A DNA stretch of 64,000 nt from Hydrolagus colliei (Eukaryota): NCBI GenBank assembly GCA_035084275.1, contig CM068743.1, positions 56,544,001 through 56,608,000 on the forward strand. The letters are read 5' to 3'. How positions within the stretch are numbered: position 1 is the stretch's first letter; each line of letters opens with the position of its first letter. The position numbers were made by a program, and so were the translations under genes. This document shows, piece by piece, positions 52,083-63,749 of the stretch. The notes below the pieces were generated by a model, which saw nothing but the letters and a program-made list of their open reading frames with translations, ran no database searches and had not been told where the DNA came from.

Positions 52083-52690
52083 GTGGTAAAGTGTTCCCAA
52101 ATATTTCAGTATTCTTAAATATATTTCATGTAGCGGAGAGGAGTGTGGGGATGTATTTTTTCACCACAAACTTCATACCTCTCTTAAAATTTATGCTCAT
52201 GTTAATTAAGAAACAGAATTTTCATCCAATATTTTCTCAACATTTTTATTTTATTTTCCAGAGTCGAGTTACACACACTGAAAATGAAACACTTAAGACA
52301 ATAATGGGTCTCATCAGCTCATTGCACTGGTCGACTCTCAATTACTCTGTCAGCTTTTAACCAATGATAGACAACATGCATGCCTTGTTTTTATGCATGT
52401 CAAGACTTTGGAAGATGGAATTCTTCAGGATAAAAAAACACTGAACCAAAATGCCAATTATATCATAAATTTAAGAAATGCTTTTTGATGCATTTGGGTG
52501 AATTTAACAACAATTCAAAAGAGCTTTCTGTCTTTCATTGCAAAGAATTCAAAATAATATTGTACATTGTAACATTGTCCAGCAACTGTGGAGTGAAAAA
52601 TGTGGTTTCTTGATATAAAACGTCATATCGAATCTGTTTTGAAACTTTAACCGTTTTTTATCTGGTAAGTTTCAAAATGTTATTACTTAC

Positions 52691-52843
52691 TAATCTAAAG
52701 CACCGAACACCATTCTACAATATACAATTGGAAAGTTGCAGTGATTTCTTGTGTTATTACTCCTTATTTCTTAGCTGGAAGCTTTAGAGTTTGCGGCTAA
52801 CAATCAATGATGACTGAACTGCAATAACAAGAGGTTTCCAGCT
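52691..52843 (-). pseudogene. Symmetric 153-nt phase-1 exon-like cassette with three stops
   Basis: ttttatttgttttcaaag|AG CTG.. ATT A|gtaagt. Confidence 0.4.
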
Positions 52844-53764
52844 CTTTGAAAACAAATAAAACGTTTTCCAATGTCTTCTTATGTTTAGTCTTCTGGTACT
52901 TTATGGTCTCTTTGTTATAATGGAGACAAAAATGTTTTTAAAGGAGACTGAGACAATCACATTGCAAAGAATTTAGAAGCACAATCACAGTTCTGCACAG
53001 CTGATTATATAGTTGTGAACATATTGCTAGACTAAACATTACAACTTTTAGAAGTCTAACACTTTGAAGGTGGATTCCTTTAGGTATTGTCTACAGTTTA
53101 CCATGACCATTGCCATCTTTTGGGGATTGTCAACTGAAGGACTATTAGAGTGCTGATATGCTATCCTACATGAAGGGTGCTACATAAATGCAAGTTGTTG
53201 TTGTTTTTCTTATAGAGTTCATCCTATTATGATTTGAATCTTCCTGCTAAACTTTAATGATAGAGATTTCCCCCAGGCTGGGAAAGTCAGTCTATGAGAA
53301 GATTGTAATAATGACAACAACAAAATATTATATTTGTAGAGTGCCTTTCACTTAGGGAGGATGTCCTCGTACAGAAACAATGCTTGATACCTTGTAGTGA
53401 GTAGCGAGAAAGGAGCAGGAATCTGATCATAGCCACAGTCAAAGAGATAGGTTTTCATGAGGCTTTCGGGACAAATAGAGAAGGGGTGAATTGAATTTAG
53501 ATTTAGTGGATTCAGGGAAGGAGTTACAGAAAGTGGGAGTATAGGGGCTGAAGGCTCAGTGAGTTTTATGCATTTATGCTAAAAAAAAGTGCAGTTTACC
53601 TCTAATAATAATTATAATAATTATTAGGAAAACTGCACTTATTTAATCCTTTTATTTGGAATAGCATCTTCCATGTCAGAAGTATGTCCAAAGAACTTCA
53701 TAGAATATTAATGTGAAATGACTACATGATGCATTTCAGGATTGGCTTTTTGAAGTAGTTACAC

Positions 53765-54095
53765 ACGAGTCCTGTAAAGCGAGAAACCTTTATTCGATTC
53801 CTAATGGGGCAAAATGTTGCGAAAATTTCCTTACTCCACACGCCTCTGTTAGCCTGGCAGTTAGTTGGAACCCGCTTGTTAATTGATTGGTGGATCGCTT
53901 TTCTGGGGGTACAAATTCCTTCAAAAAAATAATAAATTGGTCATTTCAATCCGCAACTGTCTGCAATTGGCTGCCATGATTCACCCACAAAATACAGTCA
54001 ATTTTCACTTTACAGTATATTCTTTGAAGCGCTTTGCTGCATCATTGCAAGATGTGATAAGTTGCTATATCAAATGCATGGATTATTACTATTAT
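53765..54095 (+). mobile_element. tRNA-derived SINE
   Basis: tttccttactccacacgcctctg body; ctatatcaaatgcatggattatt tail. Confidence 0.8.
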
Positions 54096-55613
54096 TTATT
54101 ACCATTTCATGTCTTATTCACTCATGTGGAAACATTTCTGCTATCAGTGCTAAACTGTCAGTTCTAAACTGATCTATTGAAAATTCCAAGAACAAAGTGG
54201 CCTAGAGCCAAATCAGTTAATAAATCAGGTTTAAGGATATTCTCTCAAATGTAGTCTTAATTTGAAAGCCGGTTTTCCATAGCACCCAGCAGAAGATAGA
54301 ACTGAAATTTTAAGATATTAGTCCTAAACCAATGAGGTTATTTGAGCTTATATTACAATAATAATGAATAATTATTCGTGAGACTCAAGCCTAAGTCCCA
54401 CTAACACTAGATATTTTCCTTGAAAATGTTTTTTTTAAATCGCTTGCTTCATTTGCATGAGAGAGGGAAAATTAACCCGAATGTCTTTTTTTTATTGCTC
54501 ATGGGTGACTTTTGGCAAGTGACTGATAGTATCCATGGACAGGGCCTCAAGCTGAAACATCCAATGATTAAGTAGAATCACATTTGCAGCATGATATCAA
54601 AGAACAATCAAAATTTTATGCCTTTAAAACATACACCTGGCTGGATCTAAATGCAAACCTCCCAAACCTGAGTGTGCCATTTTTAATATGCATGTATGAT
54701 ATGATATAGGTCCATGAGTCATATTTTCTACCTGCAGCCAAATCTCCCAACAAGCAGCCTTAAAGCTGAGCTGCCTATTCAAGTACAGTGCTACTGTACT
54801 GTAATAACACTGAAACTGAGTAGGTTAAGAAAACCCAAGATTAGTTTAGCATTTATTAATATGCTGCTCTTTTGGGTATGTCTACTTTTGTCTGGACATA
54901 TTTAAACAGCTGCATGTAAAAAGCTGCTGAGGCATTTCAGCTTTAACAATTGGTACAGAATTGTGATGTGTGATTTGCGGTAACTAAGGAAGAGAAATGA
55001 GAATCTAGCAATGTATGTCTTGGGATTAGAAGGAAAGCGTATCCCAAATTCAGAGTTTCACAGATTAAGTTAAAGCAGTGACTTTGTCTTGGATTCCTGG
55101 AAATAGCCATATTCTGCATGTTGCATAAACATGCCTGGTGTGAAAAAGCACAATGCTAATATTCTAATAATAATTATAATATAATAATAATTGATTCCAC
55201 CAGCAACTGAAATCAAGATATTAAGAAATGAAATACCGTTTTGACCTGTGCCAGTGCAAAATTTCCCATGTTCTTAGGCGTAAAATCATTACCTTAACTT
55301 TTAAGAAGGTCACCACTATGACCTTTGTTAAAGTTTTTGTGTCTTGAAATATCAGCATGGAAGTAAGATTACCATTCAACTAAAGGGCCAGTGGTTGTTA
55401 ATACACAATAATATAACATACAGTATATATGAATAGTTTCTGAGATCAATACATTCATCTTGAGCCAAGCACCTCCATTGCTCAGCTCCAAAGATAGTTG
55501 GAACATTCTGCTACATGTAGAAAATATGACTCAAGGACCTACTGCATATCACACAAACATATATATTGCATATCACACATTAAAACATAGAAACAATATA
55601 GAAAAAGTCTCAC

Positions 55614-55723
55614 TGCAGCACTTAGGAAACTGTTGATGTTCTCAAGCACTGATTCTATGACTTTGTCAGGTTGGAGAGGATTTATTACAGTTTCAGCCAA
55701 GCAAAATGTAGAGTGATTATCAC
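55614..55723 (-). CDS. Candidate 110-nt exon (phase 1 to 0), stop-free
   Basis: actgcag|GT GAT AAT..GCT GCA|gtgaga; DNHSTFCLAETVINPLQPDKVIESVLENINSFLSAA. Confidence 0.45.
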
Positions 55724-55869
55724 CTGCAGTATGTTGCATAAACAAAAACATTGACGTGCATAAACATGCTACATTAACTCAATACTGCGAAAACTTCACC
55801 TTGAAATGAAGGAAGAACACTGTAGCATTAGTGTAAACCCAAACTGCCAGTACAAGCAGAAAGTGAGGT

Positions 55870-56200
55870 AGGATTTTTTAATCCTTCAATTTTTATGTAG
55901 AGAGTTATCATGTCATTAAGATGTCTTAATGTGCTTTGCAAAATATACTGTAAAGTGAACTTACTGTATATTTTGTGGGTGAAAAGTGGCAGCCAATTGC
56001 ACACAAGAGTGTCCCATAAATAATTGTGTATTGAGTGACAAAAATATTTCTATAATGAATTATTACCCCCAAAAAGCAATCCCCCAATCAACTAACAATC
56101 AGGTTCCCATTTACTGCTAAGTAAACAGATATGTGGAGTCACAAAACTTGCTGAAGGTACATTTGCTTGCGAGGCAAATGCTCTGACCAATACCATACAG
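55870..56200 (-). mobile_element. tRNA-derived SINE
   Basis: aatatactgtaaagtgaa..ggcagccaattgcacac..tgtggagt. Confidence 0.75.
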
Positions 56201-56344
56201 ACCCCATGACATTCAGTGTGGCCAAAATGAATATTACTCATTTTAGTAAAGCTCATCCCCAATGCTAACGTGATAATTTTCATGCACCTGTCACATTGAT
56301 ACCAGGTACATATACAGATTTATTACTTTAACCACCATCCACTG

Positions 56345-56760
56345 TCTCCCTTGATGCCTTGGTAGATAGAGGTTACACATGATGTACCATTAAACGAGAC
56401 AGCACGAGATTGCAGAATGCTTTAATGTCTGAAATGCTTCAGCTGCTGTCAACTGAGGAAATGCTAAATTGGGCTTAGCTCCCCTGCTGAGACTCAAGAA
56501 ATTCAAAGCTCCTGCTCCTAAACACTCTCCAGAGACCTATGTTAGAAAGTGCATTTGTTTGTATGGTTTCTTTGATGAGAAAATAAATGGGCTGCTATAT
56601 GATGCCCTCCAATTTCTAAAAGTCTAAAACTCTTCTGACTCTCACAGTCTTACATAAAGGACAGCCATTCAGGTGAGGTACTTTGATAAATGTTTGAGCT
56701 CACAAACCTTTTTACCCCAGCAAAAGTTAATGTCTTTATGAGGGACACAAGAAAAATAGG
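56345..56760 (+). mobile_element. LF-SINE-like copy (degenerate)
   Basis: ctcctgctcctaa..tccagagacc..gaaagtg..tgatgccctcc..gtgaggtac..taccccagca. Confidence 0.65.
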
Positions 56761-56939
56761 CCAAAACACCCACCAACCCAGTCACCAACCCAGTCACGGG
56801 TATCAATACACAGTGAACATAATGATTGCTGGATACAAAACATATACAACAACCACAACAAAATTACATTTATAGAGTGTGTTTCACATCAGGAGGATAC
56901 AACACATAGCTTGTCTTTTTCTGTTTGATTGAACTTTAC

Positions 56940-57423
56940 CTGAATTTACAGTTGTTTTTAAGGCCGGTCAATAATGCATATAATCAAGGGGATAAAGGCA
57001 GAGATGGTGATTTATAGCAGTTTGATGTTTGCGTGAGTGGTGTGCTCTTTCAACTTCACTGGTATTGTTGGGTGGTTGGTGGCTAAAGGCCAGTTTCTGC
57101 CTCTTTGTTTTTCCACATCGTGTGAACATTTCCTGATGCCCTGCCAGATTCTACAGGTGGAGTCCATTAGGCAAATAAGTGCTGTTCTCTCACACTTTCT
57201 GGTTTGTGTTTTGGGGAGGTTGGGTGTTTTGGTTGTTCAAATATTACCAACCACTTCACCAATACTTCTGTGCAATAACTGTCTTGTCTTTCTTCTTCCA
57301 AATGTAACTCCTTTCTCTTCTGTGGCACTGACATTTTACTGGAAATGTCTCATGGATGTTGGCCTCCCATCAGTACCTCACTCAGATGACCATTCTCAGT
57401 GAATGTCTGAGGTTCACCATAGT
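56940..57423 (-). pseudogene. Decayed 484-nt phase-1 exon-like cassette, E/K/P-rich
   Basis: cttag|AC TAT..; YGEPQTFTENGHLSEVLMGGQHP*DISSKMSVPQKRKELHLEEERQDSYCTEVLVKWLVIFEQPKHPTSPKHKPESVREQHLFA*; donor cag|gtaaag. Confidence 0.5.
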
Positions 57424-57649
57424 CTAAGCATAATTACGTCCTTATATAAATAATGCACATATTCCAGGAGGGGATATGATGATTGGGAACAAAATCCTGT
57501 ATTATTTTTCCTTGACTAGCTTTTTTTCACACAAAGAGTAGTGGAAATCTAGAACTCTCTTCCCCCAAAACTGTAGATTTTTGTTAGGTAAGATATCAAG
57601 GGATATGGAGCAAAAGAGGGTAAATGGAGTTTAGGTGCAGATCAGCCAT

Positions 57650-57957
57650 AATAATAATAATAAGCATCCTTGCATTTGAAAATAGTGCTTTTCATGTCTA
57701 CTAGACGTCTGAAAGTGCTTCATAGAATATACTGTAAAGTGAATTCACTGTATATTTATGGGCAGGCAGCCAATTGTATACAACAATGTCCCACAAACAG
57801 TCGTGGATTGGAATGACCAATTTAATTTTTTTAATTCTTGAGGGATATTATGAGGCATGTGGAGAGGAAACTTGCCCAAGGTTTCGCCCTGCCTGGAATT
57901 GAACCCTGATCTCTCACTTGTAAGGCGAGTGCTCTAACCACTGAGCTACAGCACTCC
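57650..57957 (-). mobile_element. Full-length tRNA-derived SINE nested in a CR1 3' UTR (57525-58030, +)
   Basis: CR1 gatcagccat is broken from tgatctaatagaatggc by a reverse SINE with an intact head. Confidence 0.9.
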
Positions 57958-58039
57958 ACAGTCTGATCTAATAGAATGGCAGAAAAGCCTTGAGGGGCTG
58001 AATGGCCTACTCCTGTTCCAAGGTTCCTAAGATCTGTTA

Positions 58040-58290
58040 GAGCATAGCTACTGCTGCATTGGCAGAGATGAGGAATTGTTGGTCACCAATCTCTTTTTGA
58101 ATTAGTGTGATGGGATCTTTAATGTCTGCCTAAATACTCACACTGGACCTCAATTTAATGTTTCTTCCAAAGGATGGCATCTGCTACAATGCAGCACTCC
58201 TTCAACACAGCACTACCAGCCTAGACTGATGTGACATTTGCACTCACAACCTCAGACTCAGAAGTGAGAATGCTACCAACTGTGCTAGGG
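58040..58290 (-). mobile_element. DeuSINE-type SINE
   Basis: atgggatctttaatgtc..tttaatgtt..ccaaaggatggcatc..caatgcagcactcc..gactcagaagtgagaatgctaccaactg. Confidence 0.75.
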
Positions 58291-59362
58291 CAGGCAGCGT
58301 AAGTAAGGATTATTTGTTATTAGATAATATACCTGCTGTCATTCACATCACGTATTGTAAATTCACCCCTTTAATTCTTAGCTTACTTTATATTAACAAA
58401 AGCAAACAATATTAAGTTGTAAAATATTGCTTGGTAAGCAACCTTGAAACTTTTTACCAAACATGGTTTTTTGTTGTAATCCCCTTTTAATTAACTTGCT
58501 TAAACATGCACAATCCAGCTCAAACAAGGGGATTGTATTCCGGCAACAGATTACAAAATAGGCATTGGCATTAATAGCAGGTTGGATGTAGCCCGCAGTC
58601 TGAATAAATGCTTGTTAACTGGTCTGCATGAAACTGAATATTGACTTCAGTAGGGTTAGTTGACTGGTTAGCTGACATTTAATATATTTTAAAGAGCTGC
58701 TGCCACTGAGTGACAATCATCAGGGGACCGTGGGAGGTATAAAACAACTTTGTTCAATAATAATTATTAAAAAATAATCCCTTTGAACCCATTTTCCAAA
58801 GTGTATCATAACAATAGAATTAAACTCTCTCACTGTAGATTCGGATTTGATTCATTCAGGGATTAAAGAGGCTCAGAACGAAGTGTCCCAGGACACATTC
58901 CCATCAAAGTAGCAATCTCCTGGTATGGAACAAATTGTTAGGCTATCTATTCATGTCAGGTGTGCTGAGTTTATTTTCAGAAATATGCTTTGATGAAAAT
59001 GATTAATTTTAAAATAACTAACTAATTATCGGCTCAGATGTACTCCTCCAGAAACCTTTTTTGTCAATTAAGTCATTAAAAAAGATTATGAATTCATAGG
59101 TCAGCATCAGATTAACCCTTTGAAACCAGACCTGAGGCTGGCTACCTCAGACTGACCCATATTGTCTCTGTGTCCAATCTTGTTTTATCATTGCAATTTG
59201 CTGACGACAGAGGATCCTGTCAGAGTCTCCTTTGAACAGCTCTGCACCATAGTGGCTGAGTAGAGACAGGTGCTGTATATTGTCCTGAACTGAGCTTGGA
59301 GGCTGCTCAGTTTTCAACATTAGGTATTCTGCTGAAGAGCGACAAGCAGAATGGCTTGAAAT

Positions 59363-59487
59363 ATGAGCCTGAACTCACTGGAATTAGAGCTCAGGTGCGT
59401 AAACAAAACCAAAAGGCCCTTGTTCTTCAGCTCTCTGAAGAAACACGTGTTCAGTAAAGGACACTGGTCGTTTTTGTTACAGAATCG
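59363..59487 (+). CDS. Candidate alternative first coding exon (phase 2)
   Basis: aatATGA.. open 41 codons MSLNSLELELRCVNKTKRPLFFSSLKKHVFSKGHWSFLLQN, then CG|gtgagt. Lies in a ~2-kb block with no recognisable repeat. Confidence 0.4.
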
Positions 59488-60443
59488 GTGAGTCAGAGCA
59501 GCCTAAATTACTGTCTAAACCTCTGGTGTATCATGCTGGGTGACTGTAACAAAAGGCTGCCCTTTGATGTGCAGTATAATATGCTTATCATTTATTTTCT
59601 TTATTGCCAAAGACCTCAACAAAATTTGCATACTATAAATGAACATTTACTCTTTATATATACAAGTACGTCAGCCTTAAGATAAGTGCCTCAACTTTCC
59701 TTTAAAGTAAGCTTTTTCAATTTAACAAAGTTGGTATGACTAAGTCGGTAAGCATCAAAGCACATGTGTGGGGTGGGGCACTGTCTTATTGCACATGTGC
59801 TTTAAGACAAATTCATGTAAGATGTTTCTTGTCTATGGTTCTGAGTGTAGATAAATTGAGCTGAGTGTGACACTTGTCTGCTCCCTTCTCCCAGTTTAAG
59901 AGGTTGCCTTAGTGACCTACTTCTGATAAATGCAAAGCGAGCCGAGCATGAAACTGAATCCACAGAGCTATAATACTTGAGTTGTAAGTCTTTTTACATA
60001 AGGAGATTTAACCTGGAATTAATTGGGTCCCAATGAGTGATCCATTGTAACAGAAGCAGATATTGTGCTAAACTTCATTCAGGTTAATTTAGAACAAGTT
60101 TCACAGTCAATGAGTCCACAGCTTTTCAATATTATCTCCTGATTCTTGGTGCATTGCAACATCTTATGCACAAATGGGACAGATTAGAGCGTAACGATGA
60201 GAAACAAAATTTTCCCACAGCAGTTTTCTTGTGAAAGATCTTTCAGAATAAACGTTCCTTTCATTGTTCTGGAATCTTTTAATTCCACAAAATGATAAAC
60301 GTGTGAAAGTATGGCGACAGATTTTACATGATACATTTTTAACTAGCTGGAAGAATAATTAGGCTAGACAGACATTATGTAGAATACGTGTTTGCCTGAA
60401 AATAATAACAATGATCCTGACATCTGGAATGGTGCCTTTCACC

Positions 60444-60777
60444 CTTTCCAATGCCTTAATATCCTTCCTATAGTGTGGTGACCAGAATTGTACACAGTAC
60501 TCCAGCTGAGGCCTAACCAAAGTCTAATAGAGGTTAATCAGCACTTCCTGACTTTTGTATTCTATACCCCTATTTATAAAGCCTAGTTTCCCATATGCCT
60601 TCTTAACAGCTTTGTCTACCTGTCCTGCCACTTTCAAAGAGTCACTAACACAAATCCCCAGGTCTACTCTGTTCCTTCACACCCTTTAAAATTGTCATAA
60701 CTAGCCTATATTGCCTCCCCTCATTTCTTCTTCCAAAGTGTATCACCTCACACTTCTCTGTATTAAACTTCATCTGC
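60444..60777 (-). mobile_element. Internal CR1 fragment without 3' tail
   Basis: Near-identical to 15991-16323. Confidence 0.9.
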
Positions 60778-60859
60778 TATATCAATTAAGGATTTTTGTT
60801 ATAATGTATTGAGTCAAAGGTATTGATGACAATGTATCCAATCACACATACAGGCATGT

Positions 60860-61268
60860 ACATAAACATAAATTTTATCTCCTCTTGCAGCTTGCTGTTC
60901 ATTAAAGTTCGCAAAATAATATTTCTTGCAAAGAATTATTTAATAAATATTAATAACATCGAGTTTGAGGAAGGAAGCACAATTACGGAAGGGGTTGCAC
61001 CTTGTAGAGATCCTTTCTCAAGTATTATCAACCTTGACACTGAAAGGGACTGAGGATGGAGGTGATAAAGAAATTTCCTGCTTTTCTAATATGGACTGAT
61101 TGCAGTAATGTACACAGCAATGAGATCCACAATCCATATACAGCAAATGGTCTCACTGATGTTTCTGTGAAACATGTTATAACAGACTATCTGGTAATTT
61201 GATGCCATTATTGCAATGTGGTCAAAGACAATATTGGGGATCACTCCAGAGGAGATATTGTAGTGGAC
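60860..61268 (-). pseudogene. Decayed phase-1 exon-like cassette
   Basis: ctccctctccctttcag|GT CCA..; includes NQSILEKQEISLSPPSSVPFSVKVDNT*ERISTRCNPF; several stops. Confidence 0.3.
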
Positions 61269-61904
61269 CTGAAAGGGAGAGGGAGTGGATCCAGGAAGGG
61301 TCGATCAATCAATCAATCAATTCATGACTGATTGTGTGTTGTCCCTGTGTACAAATTGGTTGCCATGTTTGTTTACAACAGTCACTGAACTTTACAGTAA
61401 ATCCTTTGATGTGCTTTGAAACATCCCCCTGATGTGAAAGGTGCTCTATAAAATGCAAGGATTATTCATTTTTACTTTGTATAACCTCAGTGATTTTAGG
61501 AGCTGTATCTAATATCAATACATAAAAAAGCTATGAATTGGGGTTGCAAATAATAATAATAGCATTTGATGTAGCGCCTTATCACATATTTGAGACTTCT
61601 CAAACCGCTTCACAGAATATACTGTAAAGTGAACTGACAGTATATTTTAAGGGTGAAAATATAAAAAAGTGGAATGCATTGCCCCAAAGTGATGCAGAGA
61701 CAGAATCAATTGGGCTGTTTAAAAGGGAAACAGATTGATGCATAGGAGGAAAGGGTATTATGGGAATATGATGAAAGGTGGGAAAAATCGGGTTCAAAGA
61801 TGTTGATAAAGCATATTGGTGGAAAGACTAGATGAATAACCTCCTTTTATTCTTATGTTCCTCTGTATAAAAAGAAAGTTATAGTGAAATCTTAGTCACT
61901 TTAC

Positions 61905-62040
61905 CTGTCTTCTCCAGGTTAGTTATTTCTTCTCCTCAGCACCGTAGTTTTTGACCCTGAGTTAAGAGCTTTATTATGCTGTCCCTTGGCTCAGCATTGC
62001 ATCAATATGGTGTGCTTCCTGTGTTCACAGCTGTTAGGAA
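61905..62040 (-). pseudogene. Decayed exon-like cassette, 136 nt
   Basis: tgtttcacag|TT (same acceptor string as 18351 and 20409) and donor cag|gtaaag; stops in all frames. Confidence 0.3.
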
Positions 62041-63159
62041 CTGTGAAACATTTTTCTTAATTTAAGCAATTTATTATAGCTTGTCTGGGAAAAAATGCCC
62101 TCATATAAATCAAGTTTTACAATTCGTAATCTAAAATTTAGTCTTCAACCTTATCATTTAAATCTTAATATCTGCTCCAATCCTCAATCCGTCACTTTTT
62201 CTCAGCTGGCTCAGGCCTTCTGCACGTCCCTTGAAACCTCTGCTACTCAATAAACAGTGAGCTCCCTGCCTCTAACCCACTGTATTTCCCCCTTCTCACT
62301 AATCTTTAGATCAAGACTTTCAGCTTGACTGTACCTACAGTCACTTCCACTTTCTCTCCAGCTCAGCATCAATATGTCATATTCAGCAACCCAAGGCTAC
62401 TCCAGTACACAAATGCAACGTGTTATTGTTCCCGAGGTGAAAGGTTGCTGTTGTTGTAACATCATGCAGAATTTTGGAAAATTCTTAAAATTCTGCACAA
62501 CCTTAAGATTAATAAAATGCCTTAATAATAGGGTCATGATTGTTCATATTGGAGCTATTTGTTCCTCAGAGAAAGCTTTGAATCCTCATTGATGCTCAGT
62601 AGTACAGGAAGAATTGAGGAGGGAGCGGAAAGGAAAAGACTAACTTGTCAATATTCCAGAGTGAGTGGGTGTTTGCCTTTTGATTAATAATTCAAGCAGA
62701 AAGTTGAAACTCTGAAGTCTGCAATGAGTTTGTCGCCTACGCTAACTGGAGGCGGATTTAAAAACAGGTGGACTCTGAGAAAAATGTTCAAGGTATTGGA
62801 AGAACGGTCAAGAGAAGATGGAAAAGAGGATGAAGAGAAGATTGCAGAAGACACTCATCAGGCAAAGGAGGAAAAACCTGGGGAAATAATAGAGGATTTG
62901 ATGAAAAAAATACTAAATTTATTTACTTTAGTGCCGGCTGTTTTTTCTGGAATGTTTTACATTGGTTAAAACCTGCCATTGGTGCTAACACAATGGTTTG
63001 GCTGCAGCCGTTAATTAAAAGGAAACAGCAGTGCTCAGTCAGGAAAATAAGTGGCACATTAAGTCAAGTACAAAGGAAATTCTGCAGCGCTGCTATATAA
63101 CTTGACAAATACACTGTTCATTATCATAAATGAATGGAAAACTTGATATTTCATATGTG

Positions 63160-63625
63160 CCTTCATTACATCCAGGTTCGACTATGCCAACCCCTGCTTG
63201 TCAGCCTTTTCAACTCTTCTCTCCACAAGCTGATCATCATCCAGAACGCTGCAGCTCGTGTCCTCTCCTGCACCAAACTCTGTGACCCCATCACCCCCAC
63301 CCTCAATCGGCTCCACTGGCTCCCCATGCCTCAGAGGATCAAGTTCAAAACCCTTGTCCTCACTTTCAAGGCTCTCCATGGCCTTGCCCCCTCCTGCCAC
63401 TCTGACCCGCTTACCCCTTATCAATCTGTCCTTTCCCTCTGCTAAGCAGGCTCCGGCCTGCTCCATGTACACGCCTTGATTGTCCCACCTTCGGCAGTCG
63501 GACTTTCAGCCTCTCTACCCCCACCATCTGGAACTTCATCCCTCATCCCCTTTGTCTCACTCACGTCCTTGTCTCCTTCAAGGCATGCTTCAAGCCCCTC
63601 CTCTTCAACCATGCCTTTGGCCACC
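63160..63625 (+). mobile_element. L2 LINE 3' portion
   Basis: IQNAAARVL..DPITPTLNRLHWLP..RIKFKTLVLTFKALHGLAP. Confidence 0.9.
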
Positions 63626-63749
63626 CTCCTACTCTCTACTTATTATAAATATATCTTTGTTCTGCTGCACGTCCCCAAGCTTGTTTTTATGATAAAATCA
63701 TACAATGTTACAGATCTACAAAAAGGTCATGTGGAATGTCAAGTCAACA

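Noticed and set aside
56940-61268. Using 'stops are C-to-T derived' as proof of pseudo-exons
   Set aside because: Every stop codon is one C-to-T step from CAA, CAG or CGA, so the argument carries no weight without an outgroup.
62170-62969. E/K-rich 81-aa ORF (62724-62969) and a minus-strand frame at 62170-62400
   Set aside because: No clear splice context, and the composition is compatible with highly decayed L2 3' sequence; could not support as coding.
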